In this document: piece by piece, positions 9,360 to 19,670 of the stretch
How the letters are laid out: every line of letters starts with the position of its first letter
How positions within the stretch are numbered: the first letter of the stretch is position 1
DNA from: Bacteroidota bacterium
GTDB lineage: Bacteria > Bacteroidota > Bacteroidia > CAILMK01
NCBI GenBank assembly: GCA_036846145.1
Contig: DAIUCM010000004.1
Coordinates: 1,846-65,845, forward strand
Length of the DNA stretch: 64,000 nucleotides
Reading direction: 5' to 3'
Translations under genes and position numbers: made by a program
The notes under the pieces: model-generated
What the model saw: only the letters and a program-made list of their open reading frames with translations
What the model was told of the DNA's origin: nothing
The model's database searches: none

Positions 9360-10274
9360 ATGAAAAAACAAATCTCAAAATTGCTTTTAGGCTGTGCGCT
9401 TATTGCGTTCAGTATAGGTTCCTGTACAAAAGATAACGGCACACCACCGGATAATAAACCCGATATTAAAGATACAACACCAAAAGAGCCGGCATTCCTT
9501 GCAGACTCAACGCCTAAAACCCGTGTTGCTGTACTTGAAGATTTTACCGGCGTTCGCTGCCAGTATTGTCCTGATGGCCATGATAGGGCAAAAGCAATTG
9601 AGGCAGATTATGGCGACAGGTTTATCACTATTGCTAACCACAGTGGCGGATATGCGGCGCCACAAACAGGCTGGAATAACTTTACTACCAAATATGGTGA
9701 AGCTATTGACAGGCAGGCCGCACCGCTTGGTTACCCGGCCGGCACAATTAACAGGCTGGTATTTGAGGATTACCTGCAAACAAGCGGAACATATGTATCT
9801 AAAATGGCCATGAATCGTAACAACTGGCGAGCTGCGGCAGAAGAGGCAATGGGCATGCCTGCACCGGTAAATCTTGGCGCAAAGGCTATTTTTGATGAGG
9901 CTACCCGCAAGCTTACTGTAAGAGTAGATATTTACTATACTGCGGACGAGACTGTAGCCAACAATTTGAATGTAGCTATTTTACAGGATAATTTATTATC
10001 AAGGCAAAGCAATACAAATGGCATTAACAGAGATTACCCACAACATAATGTTTTACGCGATTATCTGACCGGCCAGTGGGGCGAGGTAATTACTGAAGCA
10101 AAAACAAAAGGCGCTAAAATCACAAAAACTTATGTTTATGATGTTCCTGCCGATTATAATGGTACAGGCCCATCTGGCGGTGGCGCTGTTGTAATTGACG
10201 ATCTTAAAGTTGTAGCTTTTGTAGCGCGTGGCAGAAAAGATATTACCAACGCTGTTGAAGTTGATGTAAAATAA
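9360..10274 (+). CDS. Lipoprotein, Omp28-related-like, with a CxxC motif
   Basis: A 304-aa ORF with a lipobox (GSC) and the motif RCQYCPDGH. Confidence 0.45.
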   Translation: MKKQISKLLLGCALIAFSIGSCTKDNGTPPDNKPDIKDTTPKEPAFLADSTPKTRVAVLEDFTGVRCQYCPDGHDRAKAIEADYGDRFITIANHSGGYAAPQTGWNNFTTKYGEAIDRQAAPLGYPAGTINRLVFEDYLQTSGTYVSKMAMNRNNWRAAAEEAMGMPAPVNLGAKAIFDEATRKLTVRVDIYYTADETVANNLNVAILQDNLLSRQSNTNGINRDYPQHNVLRDYLTGQWGEVITEAKTKGAKITKTYVYDVPADYNGTGPSGGGAVVIDDLKVVAFVARGRKDITNAVEVDVK

Positions 10275-10305
10275 AAAGCATCATAATCTGCAATTATGCA
10301 GTTAA

Positions 10306-10345
10306 AAAAAGTCTCGCTTGTAACAAACAAGCGGGACTTTTTTTA
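10306..10345. terminator. Bidirectional rho-independent terminator
   Basis: The stem gtctcgcttgt / acaagcgggac has an A-run before it and a T-run after it. Confidence 0.7.
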
Positions 10346-10372
10346 TTTATAATGAGTATTGGTTTCTTATAT

Positions 10373-10738
10373 TTAATTACCTCTCTCCTGCTGCTGCTGC
10401 AATTTTTTTGCCCGTACCTTACTACGTTGAATTGCGTAAAATGAAGTTGAAACCGCTATGATGAATGGAACAGAAAGTAAGGCAACGTTGGTCCAGCCAT
10501 TATTAACATCATGCAAATACAAGCCGGTTTTATTCGAAGAAAAAAGTATGCTGATAAATGTAAGTATGGCCAGGCAAACGGTAAAAGAAATGATTACAGG
10601 AATAAACTTAACCTGTATAAAACTTTTATTCCTTGTAAAAATATATAAAAGTAATAATGCAAAAAATGCCGATGCCAGGCTGTAAGAAACAGGTATTAGC
10701 ATCATCTTTATATTTAAAGCATCAAGTAAAATAAGCAT
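10373..10738 (-). CDS. Small membrane protein, hypothetical
   Basis: A 121-aa ORF with 3 hydrophobic helices. Confidence 0.45.
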   Translation of the reverse strand: MLILLDALNIKMMLIPVSYSLASAFFALLLLYIFTRNKSFIQVKFIPVIISFTVCLAILTFISILFSSNKTGLYLHDVNNGWTNVALLSVPFIIAVSTSFYAIQRSKVRAKKLQQQQERGN

Positions 10739-10850
10739 AACTTTTTATAAATTTTTATGTAAACAGCAAAGTAAAAATATTAAACCCAAAATATTATTTT
10801 TTTTGCTTTTAATAAAATTTTCAATAGCTTAGCTTACTGAATTTTACAAT

Positions 10851-11288
10851 ATGAAATACACAAACCAAATTGAAATTAACCAGCCAATTGAAAAAGTTAT
10901 TGCACTGTTTGATGATCCCGAAAACATGAAACATTGGCAAAGTGGTTTTATCAGTCTCGAGAACATAAGCGGTACACCGGGTGAGCCAGGCGCAAAATCA
11001 AAACTTAAGTATAAAATAGGGAAGCGCGAAATTGAAATGATAGAAACCATTATGGTTCGCAATTTACCGCATGAATTTAGTGGCACCTATGAGGCAGCTG
11101 GCGTTTATAACATTGTAAAGAACTACTTCAGCCCTATTGATAACAACAAAACCAAATACGTTAGCGAGCAGGAATTCAGGTTTAAAGGAATGATGAAAAT
11201 TATAGCCTTGCTGATGCCCGGCGCCTTCAGGAAACAAACGGTAAAACTTATGCGGGATTTTAAGAATTTCGCCGAAAGCAAGCAATAA
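10851..11288 (+). CDS. SRPBCC (START/Bet v1/AHSA1-like) family protein
   Basis: A 145-aa ORF whose sequence is typical of polyketide cyclase or activator-of-Hsp90 ATPase homologs. Confidence 0.7.
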   Translation: MKYTNQIEINQPIEKVIALFDDPENMKHWQSGFISLENISGTPGEPGAKSKLKYKIGKREIEMIETIMVRNLPHEFSGTYEAAGVYNIVKNYFSPIDNNKTKYVSEQEFRFKGMMKIIALLMPGAFRKQTVKLMRDFKNFAESKQ

Positions 11289-11304
11289 ATATTTACATAT
11301 ATAC

Positions 11305-11673
11305 ATGCGCGAAAAAGTACCTTATAATATAAACCTCGATGTAAAATTCGGGCATCATGAGCTGATAGATATTGCCCCGATTGTAACCGAAAACCAGCCA
11401 TGGTTCAACCAAACCTTAACACAGGTAAACGAAAGTGTGGTACGGATTGGAATAATTGAAGGCGATTTCCACTGGCATAAGCACGATAATGACGATGAGT
11501 TTTTCTTTGTGCTTGAAGGTACGCTTTTTATTGATTTGGAAGATAAAACCATAACGCTTGGCCCGCACCAGGGAACAACCATAAGCAAAGGTGTAATGCA
11601 CAGGCCGCGCGCACCAAAAAAAGTAGTTATGCTAATGGTTGAAACAAGTGAAATTAAACCAACCGGCGACTGA
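11305..11673 (+). CDS. Cupin-domain protein
   Basis: A 122-aa ORF with GDFHWHKH...FFFVLEG...HRP, a two-His cupin motif. Confidence 0.7.
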   Translation: MREKVPYNINLDVKFGHHELIDIAPIVTENQPWFNQTLTQVNESVVRIGIIEGDFHWHKHDNDDEFFFVLEGTLFIDLEDKTITLGPHQGTTISKGVMHRPRAPKKVVMLMVETSEIKPTGD

Positions 11674-11794
11674 TAATCGTTAAATTTGTAAAGTTCTCAT
11701 CCTTCATTTTAAAGTTCCACAATCATAAATTTTGCAGGCACGATTTGTGCTTTTGACATTAGTGTTGTAACAAATATTTTGAGGAGATGGGAAG

Positions 11795-12970
11795 ATGGGA
11801 CAATTTGACAAACCACAGCCTGGGGAGCATAGCGCATTCCAGGACTTTGAAAAAGATATACAGCGTTTTATGCAGCGCTGGGATTTGCCTGGTGTATCGC
11901 TTGCATTAGCGAAGGATGGAGAAATCCGATATAAAAAAGCTTTTGGTAAGGCGCATTCGGATATTGACATAAAAACAGATAACGTTTTTAGGATTGCGAG
12001 CCTTTCCAAACCCATAACGGCGCTTGCTATTATGGTTTTGGCGGAGCAGGGAAAGCTGAAATTAGATGATTTTGTATTTGGTGAAGAAGGCATCTTAAAT
12101 ACATCACAATACAAAAACATTGCAGATGAGCGTATTAAAAAAATAACGGTTAAGCATTTATTACAGCACCGTGGAGGCTGGGACAGAGATAAAAGCCCTT
12201 ACCGCGACCCGATGTTCCACGCCAAAGCAATTGGTAAAATACTGGGCTTCACAAAAAAGGCAAATCCTGAGAATATTATTAGTTTTATGCTAACCAAAAA
12301 GCTTGAGTTTATGCCCGGCAGCCAGTTTGCTTACTCCAACCTGGGCTATAATATACTTGGCAGAATTGTAGAAAAAGTATCGGGCTTTGGTTACGAAACC
12401 TTTGTGCGAAAACACATTTTAGCGCCGCTTGATATTACAGATGTAAAACTTGGCAGAAGCTGGTTTGCTGAAAAACACAATGAGGAAGTTTGGTATTATG
12501 CCGGCAAGGATAAGCTTTGGCTGCCAAACGATAAAAAATCAAGGAAAGAATTAAAAACCAGGCTTAGTTTCCGAAAGTTTAAAATGGAAGTGCTTGATGC
12601 CGGCTGCGGATGGGTTGCTTCGGCAGAATCGCTGGCTAAAATACTGATGGCGATTCATCCGGATACTACAGAAAACCGCATTTTAAAGCCAGAAACCACC
12701 AGGCTTATACAACAGGCTGCTGTTTTGAACAGGAACTACGGCCTTGGCTGGTTTATTCATTCCGACCTGAGCTGGAGTCATCATGGTTGTTTACCTGGTT
12801 CATCTGCTATGATGCAAATGAATACAAACGGTTATTCATGGGTAATTTTGTTTAACAGCTGGCCCGACAACAATAATTTTTTGCCTGCCCTGGAAGAAAA
12901 AATGGCCAAAGCATTAAAAGAGCTGAAAATTAATATCGATAATACAAAAAGCACAAAAATGGCTGCGTAA
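11795..12970 (+). CDS. Serine hydrolase (class C beta-lactamase/PBP family)
   Basis: A 391-aa ORF with the SxxK motif ASLSKPITA in a beta-lactamase-like fold. Confidence 0.85.
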   Translation: MGQFDKPQPGEHSAFQDFEKDIQRFMQRWDLPGVSLALAKDGEIRYKKAFGKAHSDIDIKTDNVFRIASLSKPITALAIMVLAEQGKLKLDDFVFGEEGILNTSQYKNIADERIKKITVKHLLQHRGGWDRDKSPYRDPMFHAKAIGKILGFTKKANPENIISFMLTKKLEFMPGSQFAYSNLGYNILGRIVEKVSGFGYETFVRKHILAPLDITDVKLGRSWFAEKHNEEVWYYAGKDKLWLPNDKKSRKELKTRLSFRKFKMEVLDAGCGWVASAESLAKILMAIHPDTTENRILKPETTRLIQQAAVLNRNYGLGWFIHSDLSWSHHGCLPGSSAMMQMNTNGYSWVILFNSWPDNNNFLPALEEKMAKALKELKINIDNTKSTKMAA

Positions 12971-12975
12971 CTTTA

Positions 12976-13013
12976 TATGGAGAGGCGTTGAAATTTACGT
13001 CTCTCCATTTTTT
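12976..13013. terminator. Bidirectional terminator between the convergent hydrolase and mpl genes
   Basis: The stem atggagag / tctccat is followed by tttttaac. Confidence 0.65.
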
Positions 13014-14358
13014 AACTCAACAGCTTTTTCACATCCATGCCGCCAAAGTTGCCAGATGACATCAGGAGCAAGACATTATCAGCGGAAATATAATTCATCA
13101 GTTCTTTTTCCAGTTTCTCAGCGGAATCTACAAAAATCAAATCTTCCCTTGAAAATGCTTCACATAACTGCTGGTGCGTGTATTCCGATCCGCCCTTTGC
13201 TGCAACAGCCTGTTTATCAATATAAACAATCGCAACATCGGCCGGCTCCAATGTGCCTGCATACAGATAAATAAAAGATGAATTTAACGAACTGAAAGTA
13301 TGAAGTTCTACCATGGCAACCAGTTTTTTACCTGTAAATTGCTCACGAACGGCAAGCGTACTGGCTTTTACTTTACTGGGCGCGTGCGCAAAATCTCTGT
13401 AAACGGTTATGCCTTTCCGGTTCGGTACAGCTTCCATGCGTTTTCCGGCGCCTTTAAAATCAGCTACGTAATTCCAGAATTGCTCCCGGGGTATTTTTAG
13501 CAATGCACATATATGCTGCGCAACAGCAAGATTCTGCAGATTATGCTTGCCGAACACCGATAAGGCGATTTTTTCAGTACCGTTACTTACTATAGATTGC
13601 CCGTTAAATATCTGGTAGTTTGGTAAATTTGCCGGTTCAACTCTTAAATGCCTTGCATGCACATCTACAAGGCTTTTAACATCCTTATCAGTGGCTGGAT
13701 ACACAAGCTCCGCACCGTTTTCCATGCTTTGCAGCAGCAGCTCAAACTGTTTTAAATATTCATCATAAGTAGGGAAAACATTTATATGATCCCAGGCTAC
13801 GCCGTTGATAACAGCAATCTGCGGTTTATACCAGAGGAATTTCGGTTTACGGTCAATTGGCGAAGAAAGATATTCATCACCTTCTATAATAATTAAAGGA
13901 GCATTTTCCGAAAGTTTTACACTGTCTTCAAACCCTGGAATAGTAGAACCCACGGCATAATCAAAATCCAAACCCGCTTTAGCCAGCACATGCATAATCA
14001 TACTGGTTACTGTGGTTTTTCCATGGCTGCCCGCAATTACAACACGTTGTTTGTCTTTACTTTGTTCATAAATAAATTCCGGGAAACTTACTGTTTTTAT
14101 ATTGCGTAAACGTGCTTCTTCCAGTTCAGGATTATCGGGTTTTGCATGCATCCCCAGTATAACAAGATCAAGGTCACCGGAAATTCTGCTCCTGTCCCAG
14201 CCCATTTTATCAGGCAATAAACCATTTTTATCAAGCCGGCTATATGCAGGTTCGTAAATTACATCATCCGAACCGGTAATTTCATAACCTTTTTTATGTA
14301 AAGCAATGGCAAGATTATGCATTATGCTTCCGCCTATGGCAATTAAGTGAATTTTCAT
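13012..14358 (-). CDS. mpl: UDP-N-acetylmuramate:L-alanyl-gamma-D-glutamyl-meso-DAP ligase (a Mur ligase, Mpl)
   Basis: The N-terminus MKIHLIAIGGSIMHNLAIALHKKGYEITGSDD and the P-loop GSHGKTT. I take the start at the internal ATG at 14358. Confidence 0.85.
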   Translation of the reverse strand: MKIHLIAIGGSIMHNLAIALHKKGYEITGSDDVIYEPAYSRLDKNGLLPDKMGWDRSRISGDLDLVILGMHAKPDNPELEEARLRNIKTVSFPEFIYEQSKDKQRVVIAGSHGKTTVTSMIMHVLAKAGLDFDYAVGSTIPGFEDSVKLSENAPLIIIEGDEYLSSPIDRKPKFLWYKPQIAVINGVAWDHINVFPTYDEYLKQFELLLQSMENGAELVYPATDKDVKSLVDVHARHLRVEPANLPNYQIFNGQSIVSNGTEKIALSVFGKHNLQNLAVAQHICALLKIPREQFWNYVADFKGAGKRMEAVPNRKGITVYRDFAHAPSKVKASTLAVREQFTGKKLVAMVELHTFSSLNSSFIYLYAGTLEPADVAIVYIDKQAVAAKGGSEYTHQQLCEAFSREDLIFVDSAEKLEKELMNYISADNVLLLMSSGNFGGMDVKKLLS

Positions 14359-14406
14359 TTCCTTTGCGTTGTTGCAATATTTGTACAATATTACGTTTAG
14401 ATATTT

Positions 14407-14868
14407 ATGTTACGAAACCTCAGCTTGCTACTATTTTTTACGGTTTTATTATTTACAGGTTGTGTAAAGGATAATACCCAGGCGAATAATCCTGTGCCTT
14501 ATGTTACCGTAAACCGCGATTTGAATATTGATAACCCGCAGTTTATAAAGCTGAACCAGCCGGGCGGTTTCGTTTATCTTGATGGTGAAGGTTTTCGAGG
14601 GATTGTTGTAATTCGCGATTACAGCGACCAGTTTTTAGCGTTTGACAGGGCATGCACGTATCATCCCGATGCTGCCTGCGCGCAATTAATTATGGATAAA
14701 AGCGGGCTGAATTTACTTTGCGGCAAGTTTGAAGGAACTGATTTTAAAGCCTGCTGCGAATCTAAATTTTCAACCAATGGAAGCGTAAACAACGGGCCGG
14801 CAACGTTTCCTTTAAGGCAGTATCATGTTACAAAATCAGGCTCTTTATTATCTGTCAGGAACTTTTAA
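14407..14868 (+). CDS. Cys-rich lipoprotein, hypothetical
   Basis: A 153-aa ORF with lipobox FTGC and a cluster of 7 Cys. Confidence 0.55.
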   Translation: MLRNLSLLLFFTVLLFTGCVKDNTQANNPVPYVTVNRDLNIDNPQFIKLNQPGGFVYLDGEGFRGIVVIRDYSDQFLAFDRACTYHPDAACAQLIMDKSGLNLLCGKFEGTDFKACCESKFSTNGSVNNGPATFPLRQYHVTKSGSLLSVRNF

Positions 14869-15977
14869 TCTTGTGCCGTAAATTCACGCTCCTTCCACTC
14901 CACTTTTTGCGTAATTAGCGAGTACGCTAAAATAAAGGGATTTATAATAAAAAGATAGATCTCAAACACAGGCAGCCAGAATAAACCTGTCCTCACCTGC
15001 AGCCTTTGCGAAATAGTGCGAATAAATAAGCCATCTGCAAGGCATTTTGCGGCAAGTATATATATGGCAGGCTGCCAGTTAAAAATGAAAAGCGCAACAA
15101 TTGCCGGCAAAAAACCTGCATAAACACCAAACAAAATCCAGATGTAAAAAGGCTGTTTTTTTCCACCCTGGAACCATCTTTTCCGCTGCTTAAGCAAATC
15201 AATAATAGTATTTAACGGTTTTTGAAAACTCAGATTTTCAGCGCTTAATATATGTTTGTGTATGTAACCTTTTTTGGCAAATTCATTCATCAGCTGAATA
15301 TCTTCCGTAACGGAAAAAGTTAAATTTTCATAGCCACCTGTGTCAAAATATTTATCTGCCTTAAAAGCCATATTATTTCCCATGGCGGTGATGGGTTTTA
15401 TGGCATCAATAGTATTAAATAAGCCCATCAGGTAAAGCCATTCCAGGTATTGCATTTTAGTAAAGATTGGATTTCCAGGTTTACTTAAAGTTGTTCCGCT
15501 GGTCATATATACATCTCCCGAATAATGCTTTAAGTGCGATTGTAGCCAGTTCCTGGGAACCTGCATATCGGAATCTGTTATAAAGAAATATTCGCCTTTT
15601 GCTCCCATTGCGAGCTGCGCTAAAACATTGGCTTTTCCTTTGGCAGATCCTACATTTTTGGTAATATTTATTAACTGAAAACTGGACATGTTTTTGATGA
15701 AATCTGCTACAATTTCTCCAGTTCTATCTGTTGAATTATCATTGCCAATCAACACTTCAAATTTATCATCTGGATAATTAAGGTTTGCTAAACTTTTCAG
15801 GCAATCAAGAATATTTTCTTCCTCATTCCTGGCAGCAACTAAAATGGAAACAAAAGGTAATTCCGCTTGATTTTCCATATATCTATCAACCGAAAAATGC
15901 TTTCGGTTTAGATGAATAATGCAAAATACCAAAACAGCGAGATGCAGCAGGAGCATTGTGAGCAAAACCAAGATCAT
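14865..15977 (-). CDS. Family-2 glycosyltransferase of the processive type (QxxRW)
   Basis: A 370-aa ORF with the DxD motif ITDSDM and QRKRWFQG, plus C-terminal TM helices. It overlaps the deacetylase gene by 4 bp. Confidence 0.85.
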   Translation of the reverse strand: MILVLLTMLLLHLAVLVFCIIHLNRKHFSVDRYMENQAELPFVSILVAARNEEENILDCLKSLANLNYPDDKFEVLIGNDNSTDRTGEIVADFIKNMSSFQLINITKNVGSAKGKANVLAQLAMGAKGEYFFITDSDMQVPRNWLQSHLKHYSGDVYMTSGTTLSKPGNPIFTKMQYLEWLYLMGLFNTIDAIKPITAMGNNMAFKADKYFDTGGYENLTFSVTEDIQLMNEFAKKGYIHKHILSAENLSFQKPLNTIIDLLKQRKRWFQGGKKQPFYIWILFGVYAGFLPAIVALFIFNWQPAIYILAAKCLADGLFIRTISQRLQVRTGLFWLPVFEIYLFIINPFILAYSLITQKVEWKEREFTAQD

Positions 15978-16591
15978 AAGGTGTGGAATTTATAACCTTG
16001 AGAATGATAATATTCCAGGAATTCTGGCAACAGGATTTCTATATTTTTTCTTGCTTTCTCGTTATCGTGAAAAACGATGATGGAACCAGGTTTTGTGTGC
16101 TTTACAATATTTCTCCAGGCAGTTTCTGCATCTAAATGCTTATCAAAATCATACGTCAAAACGCTCCACATGATTATTTTGTAACCTTGCTGCAAAACTA
16201 TTTTCGCTTGCGATGATCTCAGTTTCCCATAAGGCGGGCGAAACAGTTTTGTCTGATAGAATTCTGAAGCATTTTTTACATCATCTATATATGGTAATGT
16301 TTCGGTTTTAAATCCGTTGAGATGCGAAAAAGTATGGTTACCAATTTTGTGCCCGAGCGATTCGATTTGCTTTAATTTATCGGGGAATTTTTGCATGTTT
16401 CCGCCAACGCAAAAAAACGTAGCTTTGGCCTGATATTTATCAAGTTCCGTTAAAATGTAATCAGTTAAATTTGCGGTTGGGCCATCATCAAAAGTAAGAT
16501 AAATTATTTTTTCCCGTGAATTTGTACGTACGCGCCAAACCCTTCGCGGAAAAACTGCATCTACCCAAACCGGAACGTAAAACCACTTCAA
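15974..16591 (-). CDS. Polysaccharide deacetylase (NodB homology domain)
   Basis: A 205-aa ORF with LTFDDGP and the His motif GNHTFSH. Confidence 0.85.
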   Translation of the reverse strand: MKWFYVPVWVDAVFPRRVWRVRTNSREKIIYLTFDDGPTANLTDYILTELDKYQAKATFFCVGGNMQKFPDKLKQIESLGHKIGNHTFSHLNGFKTETLPYIDDVKNASEFYQTKLFRPPYGKLRSSQAKIVLQQGYKIIMWSVLTYDFDKHLDAETAWRNIVKHTKPGSIIVFHDNEKARKNIEILLPEFLEYYHSQGYKFHTL

Positions 16592-16693
16592 AATAAACCG
16601 GATAATTTTAAAATATTTGAACTTTACAAGGAGGCCAATTTCATGGCACTTAATTTGAAATTACGCATTTTAAACACATCAACACGAAAAACT

Positions 16694-17284
16694 ATGATAC
16701 GCAAATTTATCGCAACGAATTTAATGATTTTAACGCTCGTAATAAGCTCTTGTACGCAAGGCCGCAGAGTTGAGCGCATAGACCCAAACCGCCAGACCGA
16801 CCTCAGCGGACGCTGGAACGATACGGACGCTAAAATGGTAGCTGAAGAAATGACAAAAGATATGACAGCGCGCGCCTGGAGAGAGAATTTTCAGCGAGAA
16901 AAAGACCGTAAGCCTGTGATAATTATTGGCCTGGTGAAAAACAAAACCAGCGAGCATATAGATGAAGAAGTTTTCATAAAAAACATGGAGCGCGAGTTCA
17001 TCAACCAGGGAACAATCCGTATTGTACAGGGCGGCGAATTCCGTGAAAAATTACGCGATGAACGTGCCGACCAGCAAAAATATGCTTCTATGGACAGCCA
17101 GAAAAAATGGGGAAAAGAGCTTGGCGCTGATTTTATGCTTACCGGCGTAATGACTTCTATTACAGATCAATACGGTAAAGAAAAAACCACTTTCTACCAG
17201 GTAAACCTTGAGCTGAGCGACCTGGAAACGAATGAAAAGGTTTACATTGGCGAGAAAAAGATCAAGAAATATATTGCGAATTAA
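16694..17284 (+). CDS. LpoB-like lipoprotein (penicillin-binding protein activator-like, COG3417-type)
   Basis: A lipobox (SSC) follows MIRKFIATNLMILTLVIS. The core PVIIIGLVKNKTSEHIDEEVFIKNME resembles LpoB-family proteins. Confidence 0.45.
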   Translation: MIRKFIATNLMILTLVISSCTQGRRVERIDPNRQTDLSGRWNDTDAKMVAEEMTKDMTARAWRENFQREKDRKPVIIIGLVKNKTSEHIDEEVFIKNMEREFINQGTIRIVQGGEFREKLRDERADQQKYASMDSQKKWGKELGADFMLTGVMTSITDQYGKEKTTFYQVNLELSDLETNEKVYIGEKKIKKYIAN

Positions 17285-17457
17285 CCCCTAGGAATCCTCC
17301 TCAAGAGGAGGGCTTTACGGGCAACGGTTGTTGTAAAATATTGCTTCGAAACTCCAGAGAGTTGACAATTTTCAAAGTTGTCAACTCTATCATCCATTGA
17401 AATTCTAAACTAAATATACAGATGCTCGTAAAGTATTCTCCTTTGGGGAAGATTTAG

Positions 17458-18099
17458 ATGAGGTTTTATTTACCAACCATTGAAAACGAACTTATGAATA
17501 CAAATATTCGGAAACTTGTCATTGCGTTTATCTTTATTATTTCATTTGTTTGTATCTCAGACGTATTCAGTTTAAACAAGTCAGAAAATAAAGCTATCGG
17601 TTTAAATTCTACTAATAAAAATACCAGATGTCCTTCATTGAAATTTATAACATTTATTGATTCACTTAAGACAAAGCTTCGACCAACCTGCATTATAGAT
17701 TCACTTAATATTCCAGCCGATAAAAGTGAGTTTTTTAAATGTCAAGGTACGTATACAATATTGGAGAAACATAGTAAGAATATCAAATGTGTTTATCAAT
17801 ATAAGTTTAAAAACAATCGCCTGCCGAATAAATTTGTAATTGAAGAATGGTTACTTATCAATCCAAAAGCTGCCCGGCAACTAAGTATAGATGCAAATAA
17901 AAGTATATGGAATTTTCATGAAGCTTCTTTTTGTGGAGATGGAAAATATTACCAGAGTTTTTTTGTAAAAGATAACAAGTTTTACACTATAATCTCACGC
18001 GATGTTGAGCATTCAAAAGAAGGAACTTTTCATCTCATTTTTAAATCTTTACAAAATCATATGGGATTTAAAGAACCAGTTAAACCAAAATCAAAGTAG
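17458..18099 (+). CDS. AT-rich secreted Cys-containing hypothetical protein. The start may be the internal ATG at 17494.
   Basis: A 213-aa ORF with a signal-like segment. Local GC is about 30%, clearly below its flanks. Confidence 0.45.
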   Translation: MRFYLPTIENELMNTNIRKLVIAFIFIISFVCISDVFSLNKSENKAIGLNSTNKNTRCPSLKFITFIDSLKTKLRPTCIIDSLNIPADKSEFFKCQGTYTILEKHSKNIKCVYQYKFKNNRLPNKFVIEEWLLINPKAARQLSIDANKSIWNFHEASFCGDGKYYQSFFVKDNKFYTIISRDVEHSKEGTFHLIFKSLQNHMGFKEPVKPKSK

Positions 18100-18142
18100 C
18101 AGTTTTCAATTATTCAATTTTGCAATTCTCATATATCAAACC

Positions 18143-19561
18143 ATGAAAAAATACTTCCTCATAATCTGCATTTTAGGGTTTGTGCTGCTGCAAAGCTGCA
18201 TGACGTATTATGCGCGGAACAGGAAGTTCAACGAATTTTTTCAGCAGGGAAATATTGCGCAGGCGGAAGATATTATTTCGAAAGACAAAAAATCGCCGAA
18301 GAAAAACAGCCGTTTGCTGTATTTTCTCAACCGTGGTGTTGTGGCGCAGATGCTGGGAAAATACGATGAAAGCAACAAGCATTTCGATACGGCGCTGGTG
18401 ATTTCTGAAACCATCAAAAAAAATTACCTGGTAGATGCGGCGAGTTTCCTCACCAACCCGAACATTACGCCATACAAAGGCGAGGATTTCGAGCTGCTGA
18501 TGGTGCATTATTACAAGGCTTTCAACTACTTATATTTACGGAAATACGATGCCGCTTTGGTGGAATGCCGCCAGATGAACCTGAAACTGCAGGCTTTGAG
18601 CGATAAATACACCAAAGATAACCGTTATAAACGCGATGCATTTGTGCACAACCTGATGGGTATAATTTACGATGCGGATGGCGATTACAACAACGCTTTT
18701 ATTGCATACCGGAACGCACTTGAAATCTACGAAAATGATTATTCGAAACTGTACAATGTAAATGTTCCGGAGCAGTTAAAGCATGATATTATACGTTCTG
18801 CAAAACTTACCGGTTTCCATAGTGAAGCTGATTTTTACGAGCGGAAATTCAACCTGAAATACAAGCCGGATGATCTGACAAAAGGTGAACTTATATTTTT
18901 CTGGATGAATGGTTTAGGGCCGGTAAAAGATGAATGGAGTATTAATTTTATTGTACAGAAACCCGGCAACAACCTGGTAATTTTTCACAATGCCGATCTT
19001 GGAATTTCTTTCCCGTTTTACCATGAATATAATAATGAAGACAAGACTTCCGGTTTTTCACAGCTTGAGTTTGTTCGCGTAGTTTTGCCGCGCTACCTGG
19101 AAAGGCCTCCGGTTTATACATCAGCGGAGTTAAAAGCAAATGGCAACACGCAGAAACTGCAATTGGGGCAAAACATCAGTAAAATTGCTTACCAGAGTTT
19201 GCAGGACCGCATGACGCGTGAATTAAGCCAGAGCCTTTTACGACTGGCATTAAAAAAAGCAGCAGAATATTCGGCGAGGCAGCAAAACCAGAATGCAGGC
19301 GCAGCAGTTGGCTTGCTTAATTTTATTACCGAGCAGGCCGATACCAGAAACTGGCAAACACTTCCCCACTCTATTTATTACAGCCGCATGCAATTGCCTG
19401 AAGGCGAGCAAACTGTAGAGCTGAATATGTATGGCGTACAGGGTAAAAATTCAACGCAAAGTTTTACTTATAATATAAATAAAGGCAGAAAAACATTTCA
19501 CAGTTTCCATTCGCTGGCTGCACAGCCTGCTACGCTTTTCGGGCCGAATGCGTTGCGGTAA
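18143..19561 (+). CDS. TPR-like lipoprotein (COG3014-like)
   Basis: A lipobox (QSC) follows MKKYFLIICILGFVLL. The protein is helical and TPR-like, about 470 aa. I trimmed the start from the ORF-track position. Confidence 0.6.
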   Translation: MKKYFLIICILGFVLLQSCMTYYARNRKFNEFFQQGNIAQAEDIISKDKKSPKKNSRLLYFLNRGVVAQMLGKYDESNKHFDTALVISETIKKNYLVDAASFLTNPNITPYKGEDFELLMVHYYKAFNYLYLRKYDAALVECRQMNLKLQALSDKYTKDNRYKRDAFVHNLMGIIYDADGDYNNAFIAYRNALEIYENDYSKLYNVNVPEQLKHDIIRSAKLTGFHSEADFYERKFNLKYKPDDLTKGELIFFWMNGLGPVKDEWSINFIVQKPGNNLVIFHNADLGISFPFYHEYNNEDKTSGFSQLEFVRVVLPRYLERPPVYTSAELKANGNTQKLQLGQNISKIAYQSLQDRMTRELSQSLLRLALKKAAEYSARQQNQNAGAAVGLLNFITEQADTRNWQTLPHSIYYSRMQLPEGEQTVELNMYGVQGKNSTQSFTYNINKGRKTFHSFHSLAAQPATLFGPNALR

Positions 19562-19670
19562 GCTTTTGCATAAGCTTTTAAAATCTAAAGCTGGAAAGGT
19601 TTCCGGTCTTTAAATATATAAATTGTTATGTGGTAAAATAGTTTATAAATTGCAAATTCATATTATTAAA

